From Ylistrum balloti (taxonomy: Eukaryota): a stretch of 64,000 nucleotides of DNA. Below the pieces are notes generated by a model. It did no database searches, was not told the origin of the DNA, and saw only the letters and a program-made list of their open reading frames with translations. This document shows, in pieces, positions 14,101-27,047 of the stretch (its first letter is position 1; every line of letters begins with the position of its first letter). Both the position numbers and the translations under genes were made by a program. Location: contig NW_026782463.1 in NCBI RefSeq assembly GCF_031769215.1, positions 992,001-1,056,000 on the forward strand. The letters run 5' to 3'.

Positions 14101-17100
14101 ACAAAGAAAAGAAGAAAGAATAAAAGTCGACAAAAAAAGACTCAGCGCAACTGGATTTATTAATCTTAAAAACTAAAAGTTGCACATTGTCAAGCTGAGG
14201 GTCTAGTAATGGCAGTCTCTCACCCTGGATTGGTAGTGTACAACACCTAGTTAGATAATTACATATTCACATGACATTGTTGTGGTTTGTCCAAAACAGC
14301 TTTTAAGTTTAGTCCATTTTTAGGTACTGTACTAAATATCCACAAACAACAACAACAAAAATAGTGTGCTACTGTATTCAGGGAAACTCAACACTATTTA
14401 AAATTCACTTTTTTGCCCTTTAACCAAGGGGGAAAATATGAAAAGTGCAAATGTTGATAGATGTTATAGATGAAAAGTTACATATATCAATATATCAATG
14501 TATTTTTCACTGCATTTAACACTGGATGAAAATGAAAATTTTAATTCAAAGTTAATAACAATCCAAAGTTTCCCCATATACAGATAAAAAAGCATTTTCA
14601 TTTTTCATGTACATTTTTTTTTTTTTTTTAAATTGAATCCGTGGATATTTTCTACTAGGTGACATGAGTGGTATACACTGGAGGGTGAGAGAATGGATAG
14701 CTATGAGATATATGGGAGGTCTAGGTAGGAGAAATTCCGTATACACCATCATGCCCATGCTATAAACTACACAACTACAAGTACTGCAGTCTCTCATGCT
14801 GATCTGGCTGTTCAAAACAAGGCTAACACATGATGTTCTTCATGATCTTTGTAAAATAATTACACTTATGGAATGCAACTTTATTTATTTCATAAAAATT
14901 TGTGCAATTTGATTCAAATATAGTGAATTTCTTGATTATGAACACAGAAATGGTGTACCTTTATGTAGAATTCAAACTAAAAACATCATTTGGCATGCTA
15001 ATGTTGATAAAGAAACACCACTTATTGTCAAAAGTTGTCGGAGTTAGTTCATTATGCAATGTTATCACTTCCAACACTAATTACGTTGGTAAGTTCTCAA
15101 AATTAACATAATGAGATTTACATATTCGTTTTTTTTAATTTGGTGTATCTTTACAACACAGGTTTTCAGTGTGAATTCAAAAGTGATGTAAATTCACTGC
15201 ACCAGGTTGTGAACTGTGAATGCAATTGATGCAGACATTCTGTACGCCTTGAACAACTCAGATCTTGTCACCCAAAACTGGAGAGGATTGTAACTTTTTA
15301 CATGTCAATCCAGCTGTATTTCTTTTCCTTATCATATTATCACAGTGAAAAAAGGCTTTTTATTCATAATTTCCAACTAGATCAAATATGTTTGAAGAAA
15401 TTCTCATCAGTAAAATATAACCAAAGCCAGGATTACATATCCATAGTACCTTTAACACCAGAAAATTTTTCAAACTTCAAACAACTTTGTGAAAATTCAA
15501 TATTAATTTACATATTTTGGTCATAAATATACTACACAGTGAATACCTAATGTATACTTCAAAACCGGAGTTGGTGTACTAGGAACAAATTCGTGTTCAT
15601 TACTCTGGATTGACATGGAAAAAGGGACCAACGCATTCCAGTAAAGGGTATTTCATAAGAATTCAACATTACGCCCTTCTGTTTGGTGAAAACCATACCT
15701 TCATCACTTGAATCACGATGCCGCCCTGCAAGGTTACCAATAGAATAACAAAATATACATGCAGCAAAGGAATCGTATATAAGCCACACTGAGAAAGGAT
15801 CCATTGGGTAAACAAGGGCAGTAACTCTAACAAAATTCTTTGACCTAGCAATTGATATAGTTCGGCAGTGTACCTAAATACCTGTACTGTTAAATATTAG
15901 GCTTTAACCTGTTATGGCTAACCCAAGTTCTCTAAAATTCTTCAAAACTTGTCCGTAGGCGAAGTTTATGTTATTTCCGAGGTGGAATGACACTGCTATG
16001 TTTAATTAACACTGCCTGTCTGCAATAACAATGTTCAAGCTGAGTTATTAGGGGAAGTCTATCCTTTAGCTTAAAAAAAATAACCCCTAAAATCATAGGA
16101 AAAAGAGAGAGGGATGAATATAAATAATTAGCTTTATAACAGATTGCTGAATCTTAAACCTTTTGCTTAATTCATTTACAGAGGAAAGTTTTTCAAAATG
16201 CACACACACACAAAAAGGAAGTAACCTGAATTTAGAGAAAAAAAACACTGACAGAGTTTTCAGGAAACAGATGTGGCACTGAATGCGGAATTAGTACTCT
16301 AGATCTAGTCATTTATTCGTGAAATTACATAAAAAGCGTGTCGATTTTGTCAATGATTACTTTCTAGGTTGCGAAATACATGTAAATGCTGCAACTTCAA
16401 GTAAGAAATTGATATGAATTTCAACACAATGTCCACATTCATGGAAGCTATGATGGAATGTCCTTCTTGCATCTAAGAAATTATTTGCGTTGTTAATAAC
16501 AATCAGTATTCATATGGTGTCCTGAAGCATTGTCTAAGATTTAAAACTCAGCTTCCTTTGTCTGATCATATTCGCACACAGCCTTAATAAAGCTGAAATC
16601 AACACTAAAAGCAGACATCCAATAGGCTGGTAATACTAATGTATTCAAAGCTACACAACCTGCTAGGAAGCCAAATGACAAACTTTAAATGTATCCCGAG
16701 TGGTTCTCAAGATTAAGGACTGTTGATGTCATGCTCTTGCACCAATTTTACTATAAATTCCAATGTTACTACCCAGACCACATGCTACAATAACAATCCC
16801 TCTTTTTTTTTCAGATATATCATGCTTGTGAAAATCTACGGTCATCATCATGATTTACAGGAAAACGTTCCTCCACATATCCTAACAAAAATCCTGGTTT
16901 CTTTCAATATTCTCTCCAGAAAGATTTGACTTTTTAAATAAATACATTGTATGTTAAGAGATAAGGGGTGATTTCAGTCAAAACTAAAGGGTGATCCTGT
17001 GAGGTATACTGAAGGAGTGGTGCAGTCCAAGTGAACTGTGTGGGGGCACTTGGGCGTCAACAGATCGTAGAAGCTAATGGGTGCACAGAAGATTTTTGCT

Positions 17101-20100
17101 GGTAAGATTTTCTTGAGAAACATTTATTAAAACTCAGTTCAGACCTTGATTAGTCTTGCAACTTATCAAGACTTGACCCAGAATCACCCAGGAGTTTAAT
17201 TACCAAATAATAATTTTCTCAAGACATCTGCGCCAGATTTGTAGTTTGATAGTTGTAATGATGATTGGTTAAGAATAGTACATACATGATTACATATGTC
17301 ATAATGCACTCACATCTATGTGAAACCATTCACCAATTAAATATATATTCTATTATAAGGCTTGATGATTAGAAATGATTTTAAAATGATTCACAGATAT
17401 ATTTAATCTTGATGACAATTATGATCAAATGAGATTTCATTATCTTGTGAAAACATATTTGTTTGTTTATTTCTAAATCAGCACATCTCTCCATACTCAC
17501 CCTCTCTGCGCCTCCTGGAACCCTTTGCTGATGAAGGACGAACTGGTCTCTGTACTTCAGACTGAAAATTTAAAAATCATGAATGAAATGAAAACCAAAC
17601 CGTGTGAATGTTTTAACAGCTGATCATCTCCTGCTACAGGTTATCCTTAAACCCAGATATCAACTCAACATAAAACTTACAACAGGGTTGAACAAATGTG
17701 TTAAAAGCTTAAAACTTCAAAAACACTTCATTGTTTCATGTTAAAAAACCTTGTTTAAGAAAAAAATAAGTCATAATCAAAATCCTTCATGAATGTTTAC
17801 TATGATATATATGAAAAACTTACAACAGAAAAAAAAATATGATTTTATGATAAAAATGGAATCTTTGACCATTTTCCCAGATGTTGAAGACTATTATTTA
17901 ACAGCTGAAGTGAAGGGGATTTTCACACATTAGATATCAAGCCATTTTTGCACAATGTTCACTTAACCGTGTCTGGGTCACTGGCTCAAGTATTGAGAAT
18001 GGTTTGATGTATAAACCTAATATTGCATCATTTACATACTGGCTGATCACAGTCTATTTTCAAACTTGTAAAAACATGATGTAAGTTACTGGTAAATTAT
18101 GGATACTTTGATAAATATTTAATCTTGCTTGAGTTGAGTTTCTTGGGATAAAGTAAAATATGCTATACTAACATGGTATCAGCCCAGATTGTACCATAAC
18201 ATAAAAGACCACTGTTGCAGATTGAGGTCACTAGGCACTTGACGTAAGTTTCTCGTCATGTAGTTGTCTAACGTTGTTGGAGTACCCAAGAATATTTCTA
18301 AACTCTATATTTGACATCTATGTATACCATAGCAAAACATCAACATTCATTAGGAAGAATACTTTTCCACTTTCGTTGTAATCTGCCAAGGTCAAATTCA
18401 TTACTTAACTCTACATTTCAAGTACCATAATTTCCCTATCAATAATTAATTGGATTTTAAGTTATAACTGGTGTCTGATCGATGTCCATTATACACAGTA
18501 TCTAATAGGACTGAGAAAAATCCTTTAAATCAGACATAAATCCATTAACAATTACTAGAATTCAGGCTGTATGTGATGTATATACCAGGTACAATGGATC
18601 AGGTGTTTCAACTTATGATGCACATTGTTTACTAGCCTATACACTACTAGACTAAAACACATGGATGAGATATCATTTCAAAGACATTTTTATAAAAGAT
18701 TATGGGCTGATAAAAATGCAACTAACCTCTCCATTCACCATGCCCTCATTTTCCTTGCCCTCATCATCATCTCTGTGCTGTAAGTAAAGAGTAGATTCTA
18801 TGAGTTACACAATAATACGAAAAAGTTATTCTGAGTCATATAATACTAACACCTAAAGTACGTCATGTTCAAAATTTTAAAATCTCAATTAGTACCTCTC
18901 AATCCATAAAATACTAAAACCTCAACTACCTGTCACTTGGCCCTATTTCAAACAAGTTTTTCTCATCTTTCACTAATACAAATTCAATCTATGATGAAGC
19001 AATGCTACAGATGATTAAATAAATGATACAATCAAAATGTAACATCCTACACTGTATAGGGTAGTAAAACCACACCTTTCATCCTGTAGCACTTCATACA
19101 AGTGGTTCTTATAAAATCAGTATAAGTTTGGAATTTAATCTATGGAAGTACAAATTCATTTTGATGTTATCTGTATGTGACATTTTCATATTTAATCCAT
19201 TAGATTAAATTTTTTCAACAACCATACTTTGAAAATTTTAGAGAAATTTTGAATTTCAATAATTCTAGGAAGTTTAAAAATGCTTGATAACCTTCTTATG
19301 CAATACGGGTATGGTTATATTAAACAATCAATTAACAAACACGAAAGTCCAGCATTAAATGTAACACCAAAAAATAACTTAATATATTACAGAGATTACA
19401 GACATGTGTATTACAGAAATCTTTGTAACACCTGACATGTGTATTACAGATCTATGGTAACCCTTTTCTGCTACTTCAAGACTTCTAAAATACAGTTATA
19501 TGAAAAGTTTCTTTTTTACAAATATGTTTTTCATAAACAGACATATGTATCTTGAAAAAGAAAGCTACTAGAAACAAGTATATACCTAACTTCAACCATT
19601 GTAAAATTTCTGGCAATACTAACAAAGACATATAGTGTTCGCAATGGCATTTTGAAACTGGGGGTAAAGTGAACCCGTGTTAATGCAGTTATATTGGAGA
19701 GTGATTGAAATCCTGGGGAAGAAGTCTTGAATTTCACCAATTTTTACTCTCATTCGGAAGTAACAGGTAACACTGACATAAATTAATAACTGTAAAAACA
19801 AAAAATCATAACACTTTGTTAAACAGAACATAAACTGGAAATTTATTACTTGACAGAAGAAAAGAACATTTCCAACAGTACAAACAACTCCACAGTACAG
19901 TTACTGCCTCCTAATGTTACTGTTGATCAAATGGTAGTTGTAATAACACCACAATCTGGAAGTCAAAACCAATTTTAATTCCAAGAGAGGTAATGAAATT
20001 TATCTTAAATATAAGTTAAAGAGAAGAATAAAGGAAGGTAATAATATCAATCCCAACCTTTACCCTGATCAATGATGGATTATTAGGGATGCAATCATGA

Positions 20101-23100
20101 GATCATACCCAACCTGACAGAATAGTAAAGGGAGGTAATTTGGTCAAGTCTACATATTAAGGGGAGGTAATCAATCCAAGTTCTCTGAAAGAATATCAAA
20201 GGGTGGTAATGAGGTCCAGATCAACAATTACCTTTATAGAATATCAACTTATCTATACATTAACAGGAGAAAAAGAAACATGTAACTCAAATTTGAGGAA
20301 ACATCCAACATCAACTTCAGTAAAAAGTAACCGTGAACTGTAACTCCAAAAGAACTGAACAGTAGACCTGAATGTGTTTTTTCTTGATGTCCTGTATTCT
20401 GTAGGGGTCAATCTGGTACACCTGTTCTTCATGACTAAGCTTGCTGTTGGATGAATCTTCCTGACCTGGTGCTGACCTAGCCGGAGTCACATTATCTCTG
20501 TGACGCTTTGATCTAGAGGGACTGTTCTTTCCAGATACAGGTTGTTTGGCTCCTCTGTTTTTCTGCAATCTTTTACTAAATTTTGATCGTGATTCTAGGA
20601 CAACAAAGTCTTTAGATGATGACTTTTTACCTGGAGAAGATTTAGATGATTTGCCAGATTCTTGTTTAGGGCTTACTTTACTACTACTGCCGTGTATAAC
20701 TTTCATGGCCTCTTCCTTTTGTCTCTCCCTGATAGCCATACGACTTTTTGTACCAGACTTTCTTTTCTTCCCACCTGTGTCTACAAATCTTTCTTGTGCT
20801 TTTCCAGCATTTAGCTTCCCAACTTCTGGGTACACGATGTCCTCTAGACTATGATCTATTTCTGGTTGCTCTCTGCCCTTCTTCCTCTTTACTCCCTCTC
20901 GGTAATTTGTATTCTTCATCCTACGTACCCCTTCTCGGTAATCTGCGTCCTGATTTCTTTGTACCTCCTCTCGGTAATCTGCATCCTGAATCCTTTGTAT
21001 CTCCTCTCCATAATCTGTGTCCTGAATCCCCTGCACTGTCTCATGGAGATCTACGCCCTGATTTCTCTTCTCTGGATAACCAGCGTCATGAGGCTTCTTC
21101 ACTGTCTCTCTATGCTCCATATCTTGGGACTTGTGCACCACCTCATTACTGTAGGAAACATCTGGGCGCCGATTGACTCGTGGTCGAGCTGCTCCAGGAC
21201 GATTTGTCCTGGGTGTTTTGGCTACTTCTTTTTCCTCGATTTTTGAGATAGCATTTACAGTCAAATTTTCAATGGTTTTTGCATTCTTATTCTTCAAATC
21301 GGAGGACTTAGGGTGATTCGGAAAATCACTATCGGATAGATTTGCAAGAAGATCCATATCTGAGTCTGTATTGCCGTCTGACTGGTCATCGGCACACAGA
21401 AACTCAGCCAGAGTGTCAGGGTCGGGGATGTCAATGACCTACACAGCATATAATAATGGAATGATGACGTGATTGGTCATGTTTAGCCATTCTAAGGCAA
21501 TATAGGAATTCAGAGGGGATATTATATGTAAAATTAAAAGAAAATGGGAACATTAAGGGGTCAATACTATATTGGAAGGACCTAAGCCCCCTTGACCCCC
21601 TAAAGAATTATCCCTGATCCTTCAGTAGATAAAATAACTGTTGTAGCAAACTAGAACAAGAAACACCAACTAAAATTCTTCATATTCCTTTGTAATTATG
21701 GACACAAAGAAAAATGATTATTATATCAGATAAATGTTCTATCACTATCATTTTCTATCATAAACTAATGCCCATATAAACATTGACAGGAACAGCTAAA
21801 TCAGTTAGTATAATAATCCCTGTTCTATCATATTAACAATTCCGATCGTTTCTAGATTTTAGCAGATCTACAACTACAGAAGTATGTCATGTGGACCAAG
21901 AGCTGTATTGAAATGTTCATGAATAATACAGAGACAGAAATATCCATAAGCTGTTGATAAATAATACCTATAAATTTCTCACAGTAGTCCTTTTCTATAT
22001 CGATTTTTTTCATATAAAACTACATAGACTAAAGTTGTAAAATTCTATCCAATGAGTTGACCTGTAAATCTCACCTTTTTCCTCCTCTCTCGATCCTTAT
22101 GTCTGTCTTCCCTATCTTTGTGTCTATCCTCCCTGTCTTTATGCCGATCATCTCTCTCTCTGTCCTTGTGTCGGTCCTCTCTATCTCTATGCCGTTCATC
22201 TCTATCTCGAGACCTGTCTTTTCTGTCATCTTTATCCCTTCCCCTTTCTTCCTTTTCACGACCTCTATCTCGATCCCTGCTCTTTTCTCTATCACGTTTC
22301 TCCTAGTCATCAATTTGAATATCTATGTAATTGCCATTCAGTGATTTGTTTCTGTAGTTACTACATTTAAGATTTTAATAGGACTTTACACTCAGAAGTA
22401 TTTTACCTTTACATCTATGACCTTCTCTTAGGCACTATTGTTCACAACAAAACTATAAAGAAAATCAGTTAAGGTCTATATCTTATGAAAGATAAATGAA
22501 AACATACAGAGTAAGACAACAAACAGTTCTCCAACACAACTTGGTGAATTCTTTACTTCCAGCATTAAGTGGATCTTTTTAATACAATGTAATTTATTTT
22601 ATGAAGACCTGTCAAAATAAGATATTATTTTGACTGTTTTTCTAGCCTTATACATGATTTACCACTATGTTTTACTGAACTTCAATACACATTATTGTAC
22701 CTCTGGTTCCTTTCTACGTTTTTCTTCTTTGTCCTTTGACCTCTCCTTCGCTGGTTCCTCTTTTGATCCTTTACTTAAAAACCTGCTAACTTGAGCATCA
22801 TAGTCACCCTGGAAACATCACAAACATTGTGATTATCATTTCAATCATATGACCAGCAATAAAAAAATTTCACAATAAAATCAAATATGTCTACATTGCA
22901 GCCATCTTGTTTGAATATAATGAAATGACTTCACAATATCCAAGGACATGTGAGTGAAAATAAGACTGGAACACTGACAGAGGGATGAACAGAATAATAG
23001 ACTGAAATACTGACAGAGGGATGAACAGAACGATAGACTGGATTACTGACAGAGGGATAAACAGAATGATAGAGTGCATTACTGACAGAGGGATGAACAG

Positions 23101-26100
23101 AATGATAGAGTGCATTACTGACAGAGGGATGAACAGAATGATAGACTGGATTACTGACAGAGGGATGAACAGAACGTTAGACTGGATTACTGACAGAGGG
23201 ATGAACAGAACGTTAGACTGGATTACCGACAGAGGGATGAACAGAATGATAGACTGGAGTACTGACAGAGGGATGAACAGAATGATAGACTGGATTACTG
23301 ACAGAGGGATGAACAGAATGGTAGAGTGGATTACTGACAGAGGGATGAACAGAACGCTAGACTGGATTACTGACAGAGGGATGAACAGAATGATAGTGGA
23401 TTACTGACAGAGGGATGAACAGAATGATAGACTGGATTACTGACAGAGGGATGAACAGAACAATACACTGGATTACTGACAGAGGGATGAACAGAATGAT
23501 AGACTGGATTACTGACAGAGGGATGAACAGAATGGTAGAGTGGATTACTGACAGAGGGATGAACAGAACGCTAGACTGGATTACTGACAGAGGGATGAAC
23601 AGAATGATAGACTGGATTACTGACAGAGGGATAAACAGAATGATAGAGTGCATTACTGACAGAGGGATGAACAGAATGATAGAGTGCATTACTGACAGAG
23701 GGATGAACAGAATGATAGACTGGATTACTGACAGAGGGATGAACAGAACGTTAGACTGGATTACCGACAGAGGGATGAACAGAATGATAGACTGGAGTAC
23801 TGACAGAGGGATGAACAGAATGATAGACTGGATTACTGACAGAGGGATGAACAGAATGGTAGAGTGGATTACTGACAGAGGGATGAACAGAACGCTAGAC
23901 TGGATTACTGACAGAGGGATGAACAGAATGATAGACTGGATTACTGACAGAGGGATGAACAGAATGGTAGAGTGGATTACTGACAGAGGGATGAACAGAA
24001 CGCTAGACTGGATTACTGACAGAGGGATGAACAGAATAATAGACTGGATTACAAACCTCTTGCATGACACACCAGTTGGTACTGAAAGTATCCTACGTTA
24101 TGGTATATTAATTTTGAGTTCCCACACTTGATCATATGGGAAATTAGTATAAATAAAAGACAATAAAGGGAGTTTTTGTCTAGCTTGAGATATAGATTAA
24201 GGTGTAAAACTTACCTTCATATTGACAGCTGCTGCCAAGCTCTGTAGAAGCTCATTTGTCTTTTCTGGTTCATGTCCAGCCACAATTTTACTTGGTTTAG
24301 CAGAGACAGATTTGCCAGTTACAGAAGCTTAAAAATTCATATAGAAAATTCTAAAAATAACATCAGCTATATTTTTGATGCAAAAATAGGTATATTCACC
24401 AGTAGAAGTATATAGTTTTTATCCCCTTCTAAACGTTATAAGACTTTTTTTAAACATGAGTATGCTGTGTTAGACTACCTGATATACTTGGATCTGCGAA
24501 ATTAAATTCAGCTGTATTAGTTGATAGAGCTTGTTAGTTCTGCAGAAAATCATTTCATTCTTAAAATTGTCGAATCAGTGATTAACATCTTCATGTACAG
24601 GATACTTTAAAATGCCAAGATTTTCTCTTCTGGAACTAACTGTAGTCAAATTTTGCTCGCTGTTACTATTTTACTGTAATGACGACAAAAGAAATATAAC
24701 AGACAATCTACCCCATTCAATCAGATATTTTACTTACATGTGAAATCAATTACTTTCTGCAGAAATGCCATCTTGCTATCTTTATCCTGCAAAGAGAATT
24801 AAACAGTTTAGAAATTTCACATCTTTCAATATTACTGGTTTCTATTTTTCTTTACAATTCCTTCATATCTTATTCTCAATATACCTTAATTATTTGACAA
24901 ATGGAGACATTACCCTTAAATCAAATAGTTTCATATCAATGACATTTATCACAATTACGAACTCTTTTGAACTGAAGATAATTTTAGAGGGGCAACTCTG
25001 TAAACATATCAAGCATAGAAGCAAATATCAAACTAGTGTTTGTTGCCAATCAACTAGAGTAATATTGTTTTCTCCTGTGTCAAATTTTAGCGGGAAAAGT
25101 TTCTGTAAATAAACAGTTAAACCAATGGTCTCTAATTAATGAAATGCTAAGGAAAGCAAAGAGGTGACAAATATTCAATCAAGTTTAGTCAGGAATATGT
25201 TGTTCCGTGTGTTTCCTGTGTGACTCACTCAAATTTTGAGAGCCTACTTTATTTCTTTGTAACTGGGTTCATTAAAATTTTGGAAATTGTGCTCTGGACT
25301 CACAAAAAAAAAAAGAAAAAACACAAATCTTACTAAGATTACTGAACGTTGAACAACATGTCATGCAATGGCCACTGGTCAATACCAAAACTTTATACCA
25401 ATATATATGATATTAATTGTATACTAAACATTCTGCCAACTAAAAAATCTTACCTTAACATTTTCTGAATTCATTTCAGTCTCGGTGAACAAACCCTTCA
25501 TGAATCCTGTTGTTTTTATTAACTGAAATAAATAAAACATTTGTATTTGTATTGCATACTCCACAAAAGTATGTGATGAAAAATTGAAGTTTTGTTCTGA
25601 TATCAATTATCCTTCACATCAAGCTTGTGTTAAATGTATGGTACAATATATCAGGTTTCAATTCATGATACATATACTCTGATGAAGCTTCATACATTTG
25701 TCTGTCAAGTAAAACAATTGATATAGAATTGGTTGTCACAGATCAAGACATATCTACCAGGTATACTTCACTAACACATTTAATATGACAGAGCTTTAAC
25801 AGTTGAGAGAAAAACGTTTTTGCATTTTAAGAATATATATAATAGCTCTTTGTTTTCTATGCAATGGATATATTGCAACTATTAAGTGATTTTTGGGACC
25901 ACGATATTGTGAGTCCTGGACTTATGATTTTCCTGTAGGACTTTAAAATTTTGAGGTTCCTCCATATCTCTTAGTATTAAGTGACAACTCACTGAATTTT
26001 TGGAAAATCATTTTCTTGCCTAGTCTGAAAAAATCCTACAGAAATTACCATAGCCTATACATTAAAACTGTAAATGAACCACATAAAACATCTTGGTTCA

Positions 26101-26880
26101 TGTACCAGAGAACAACAGGAGTAGAGAGTACAGATCTCAAGTATTTGAACCAGTCGGTGGGTAGACTGTCTGCATTGCTCTTGAGAGTTTCCTTGGAAAT
26201 TCGAGAACTTGGGTTGTGGTTGCCTTGAGGAATGAAAACCTGACGGAGTACTGTAGAAGGTTGCGAGTGCAGGTCATAGTACTTGTCTTGGCTAGGGTTA
26301 ATTTCCCTTTAGACAAATGGTAAAGTCTGGTTAGAGAGCAAAATTTCACTAATACAGCAGAGGCATTACTGTATACGTTCCATTACTCATTTCTTTTACA
26401 AAATAATGCTCCAATTCCCTGGTGCAAGTTTTCTGTTTTTACTTTGAACATATACTTTCTATACCACGTATACTGTCCGATTAAACTTCAATAAATTATA
26501 ATGTATGTGGACCATTCTCAATAAATCATACCGTATGTGTATCATACTTCTGATATTAGCTGTCTTGTGGACACCTGTTGATTTTCAATTGGATGCAACA
26601 AATAATCTCAATCTATCGAAATGTCAAATCCACTGTACTGCTAATAGCTACTGCTAAAGTGATTCGTTCTAAAACATGTCCACTGCTGCACAGGCTTACG
26701 TACCACTAGCAAGGATGCAAGGTTTTATAAGAGTTTTCAGCGAGTTTCATCACTTACCGATGTCATAACATCATGAAGAAATCTAAATGGTGGTTTGGAT
26801 AACAATTTTTCTGTCAGTGGTGGTTTCTTGATGATTTTGCCCAGTGTGTCCTGAGTTTTCTTCATAACTTTCGCATCCAT
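8130..26880 (-). CDS. TRAF3IP1: TRAF3-interacting protein 1 / intraflagellar transport protein 54 (MIP-T3), complete
   Basis: Phase-consistent exons: 26880-26758 ([41 protein letters not shown]), 25522-25454, 24786-24738, 24327-24215 ([19 protein letters not shown]), 22808-22701, 22302-22075 (R/D/E/K-rich), 18777-18727, 17561-17501, 11698-11605, 11298-11215 ([10 protein letters not shown]), 10056-9948, 9687-9559 ([14 protein letters not shown]), 9145-8922 and 8286-8130 (C-terminal coiled coil, stop TGA). Motifs match the IFT54 CH domain and coiled coil. Confidence 0.95.
8390..8526. mobile_element. Tc1/mariner (pogo/Tigger-like) MITE in the last TRAF3IP1 intron
   Basis: Left TA|CAGTCAAACCTGTGTATACAGGCCAC; reverse complement of the right end CAGTTAAACCTGTCTGTAAAGGTCGC. 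The right flank is GA rather than TA, so the TSD is imperfect. Confidence 0.65.
10396..11153. repeat. 38-bp minisatellite, about 20 copies
   Basis: Unit GATCTACGTCTGATGTATTTATATCAACAAGCCCCAGT with variants, in a TRAF3IP1 intron. Confidence 0.95.
13125..13600. repeat. 34-bp degenerate minisatellite
   Basis: Unit ATCACACTTACTGCTGCAATTTCCTTCAAACCTG; best conserved at 13240-13420 and decaying outward. Confidence 0.85.
20317..21438 (-). CDS. Large in-frame optional exon or alternative terminal exon of TRAF3IP1 (about 357-373 aa, low complexity, 12-aa repeats)
   Basis: Acceptor tgctgtgtag|GTC at 21438, phase 0 like the flanking exons. 27 open codons lead into the 346-aa ORF 21357-20317. There is a weak donor CAG|gtctac at 20368, or a stop at 20317 with a minus-strand AATAAA at 19842-19847. 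Confidence 0.6.
   Translation of the reverse strand, partial: VIDIPDPDTLAEFLCADDQSDGNTDSDMDLLANLSDSDFPNHPKSSDLKNKNAKTIENLTVNAISKIEEKEVAKTPRTNRPGAARPRVNRRPDVSYSNEVVHKSQDMEHRETVKKPHDAGYPEKRNQGVDLHETVQGIQDTDYGEEIQRIQDADYREEVQRNQDADYREGVRRMKNTNYREGVKRKKGREQPEIDHSLEDIVYPEVGKLNAGKAQERFVDTGGKKRKSGTKSRMAIRERQKEEAMKVIHGSSSKVSPKQESGKSSKSSPGKKSSSKDFVVLESRSKFSKRLQKNRGAKQPVSGKNSPSRSKRHRDNVTPARSAPGQEDSSNSKLSHEEQVYQIDPYRIQDIKKKHIQVYCSVLLELQFTVTFY
22964..24051. repeat. 36-bp minisatellite, about 30 copies
   Basis: Unit GACTGGATTACTGACAGAGGGATGAACAGAATGATA. It explains the [12 protein letters not shown] and [12 protein letters not shown] ORFs. Confidence 0.97.
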
Positions 26881-27047
26881 GTTGAAATCTTATGTTTCTA
26901 CTTATGTACTTGAATAAAGTTCAACCATACGTCTGCTCTACAACAACGAAGTAGCGTTCAAATAGTATCACTACCCCTAACTCATGTCAACGGCACATTT
27001 GTGTTTCAGTTGCTTGCAGACGGAATTCAATACCACAATTCCATTTT

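Noticed and set aside
15559-15880. GC-richer intronic segment with two short minus-strand ORFs
   Set aside because: The predicted splice phases (0 in, 1 out) do not fit the phase-1 intron, and no domain is recognisable.
20546-21246. Plus-strand ORFs of 102-142 aa
   Set aside because: Antisense shadows of the minus-strand 346-aa ORF.
21500-21620. Possible MITE with GGGGTC/GACCCC internal motifs
   Set aside because: The ends are too diverged to define TIRs or a TSD.
22075-22302. RD/RE-rich low-complexity exon as a novelty
   Set aside because: A charged K/E/R/D linker is a normal feature of IFT54 orthologues.
23021-24131. Long ORFs [12 protein letters not shown].. and [11 protein letters not shown].. 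as genes
   Set aside because: They are translations of a 36-bp VNTR that lacks stops; there is a frameshift near 23395 and no splice context.
26048-26308. 87-codon open frame in IFT54 intron 1 (minus strand)
   Set aside because: No Met, acceptor phase incompatible with exon 1, and no recognisable homology.
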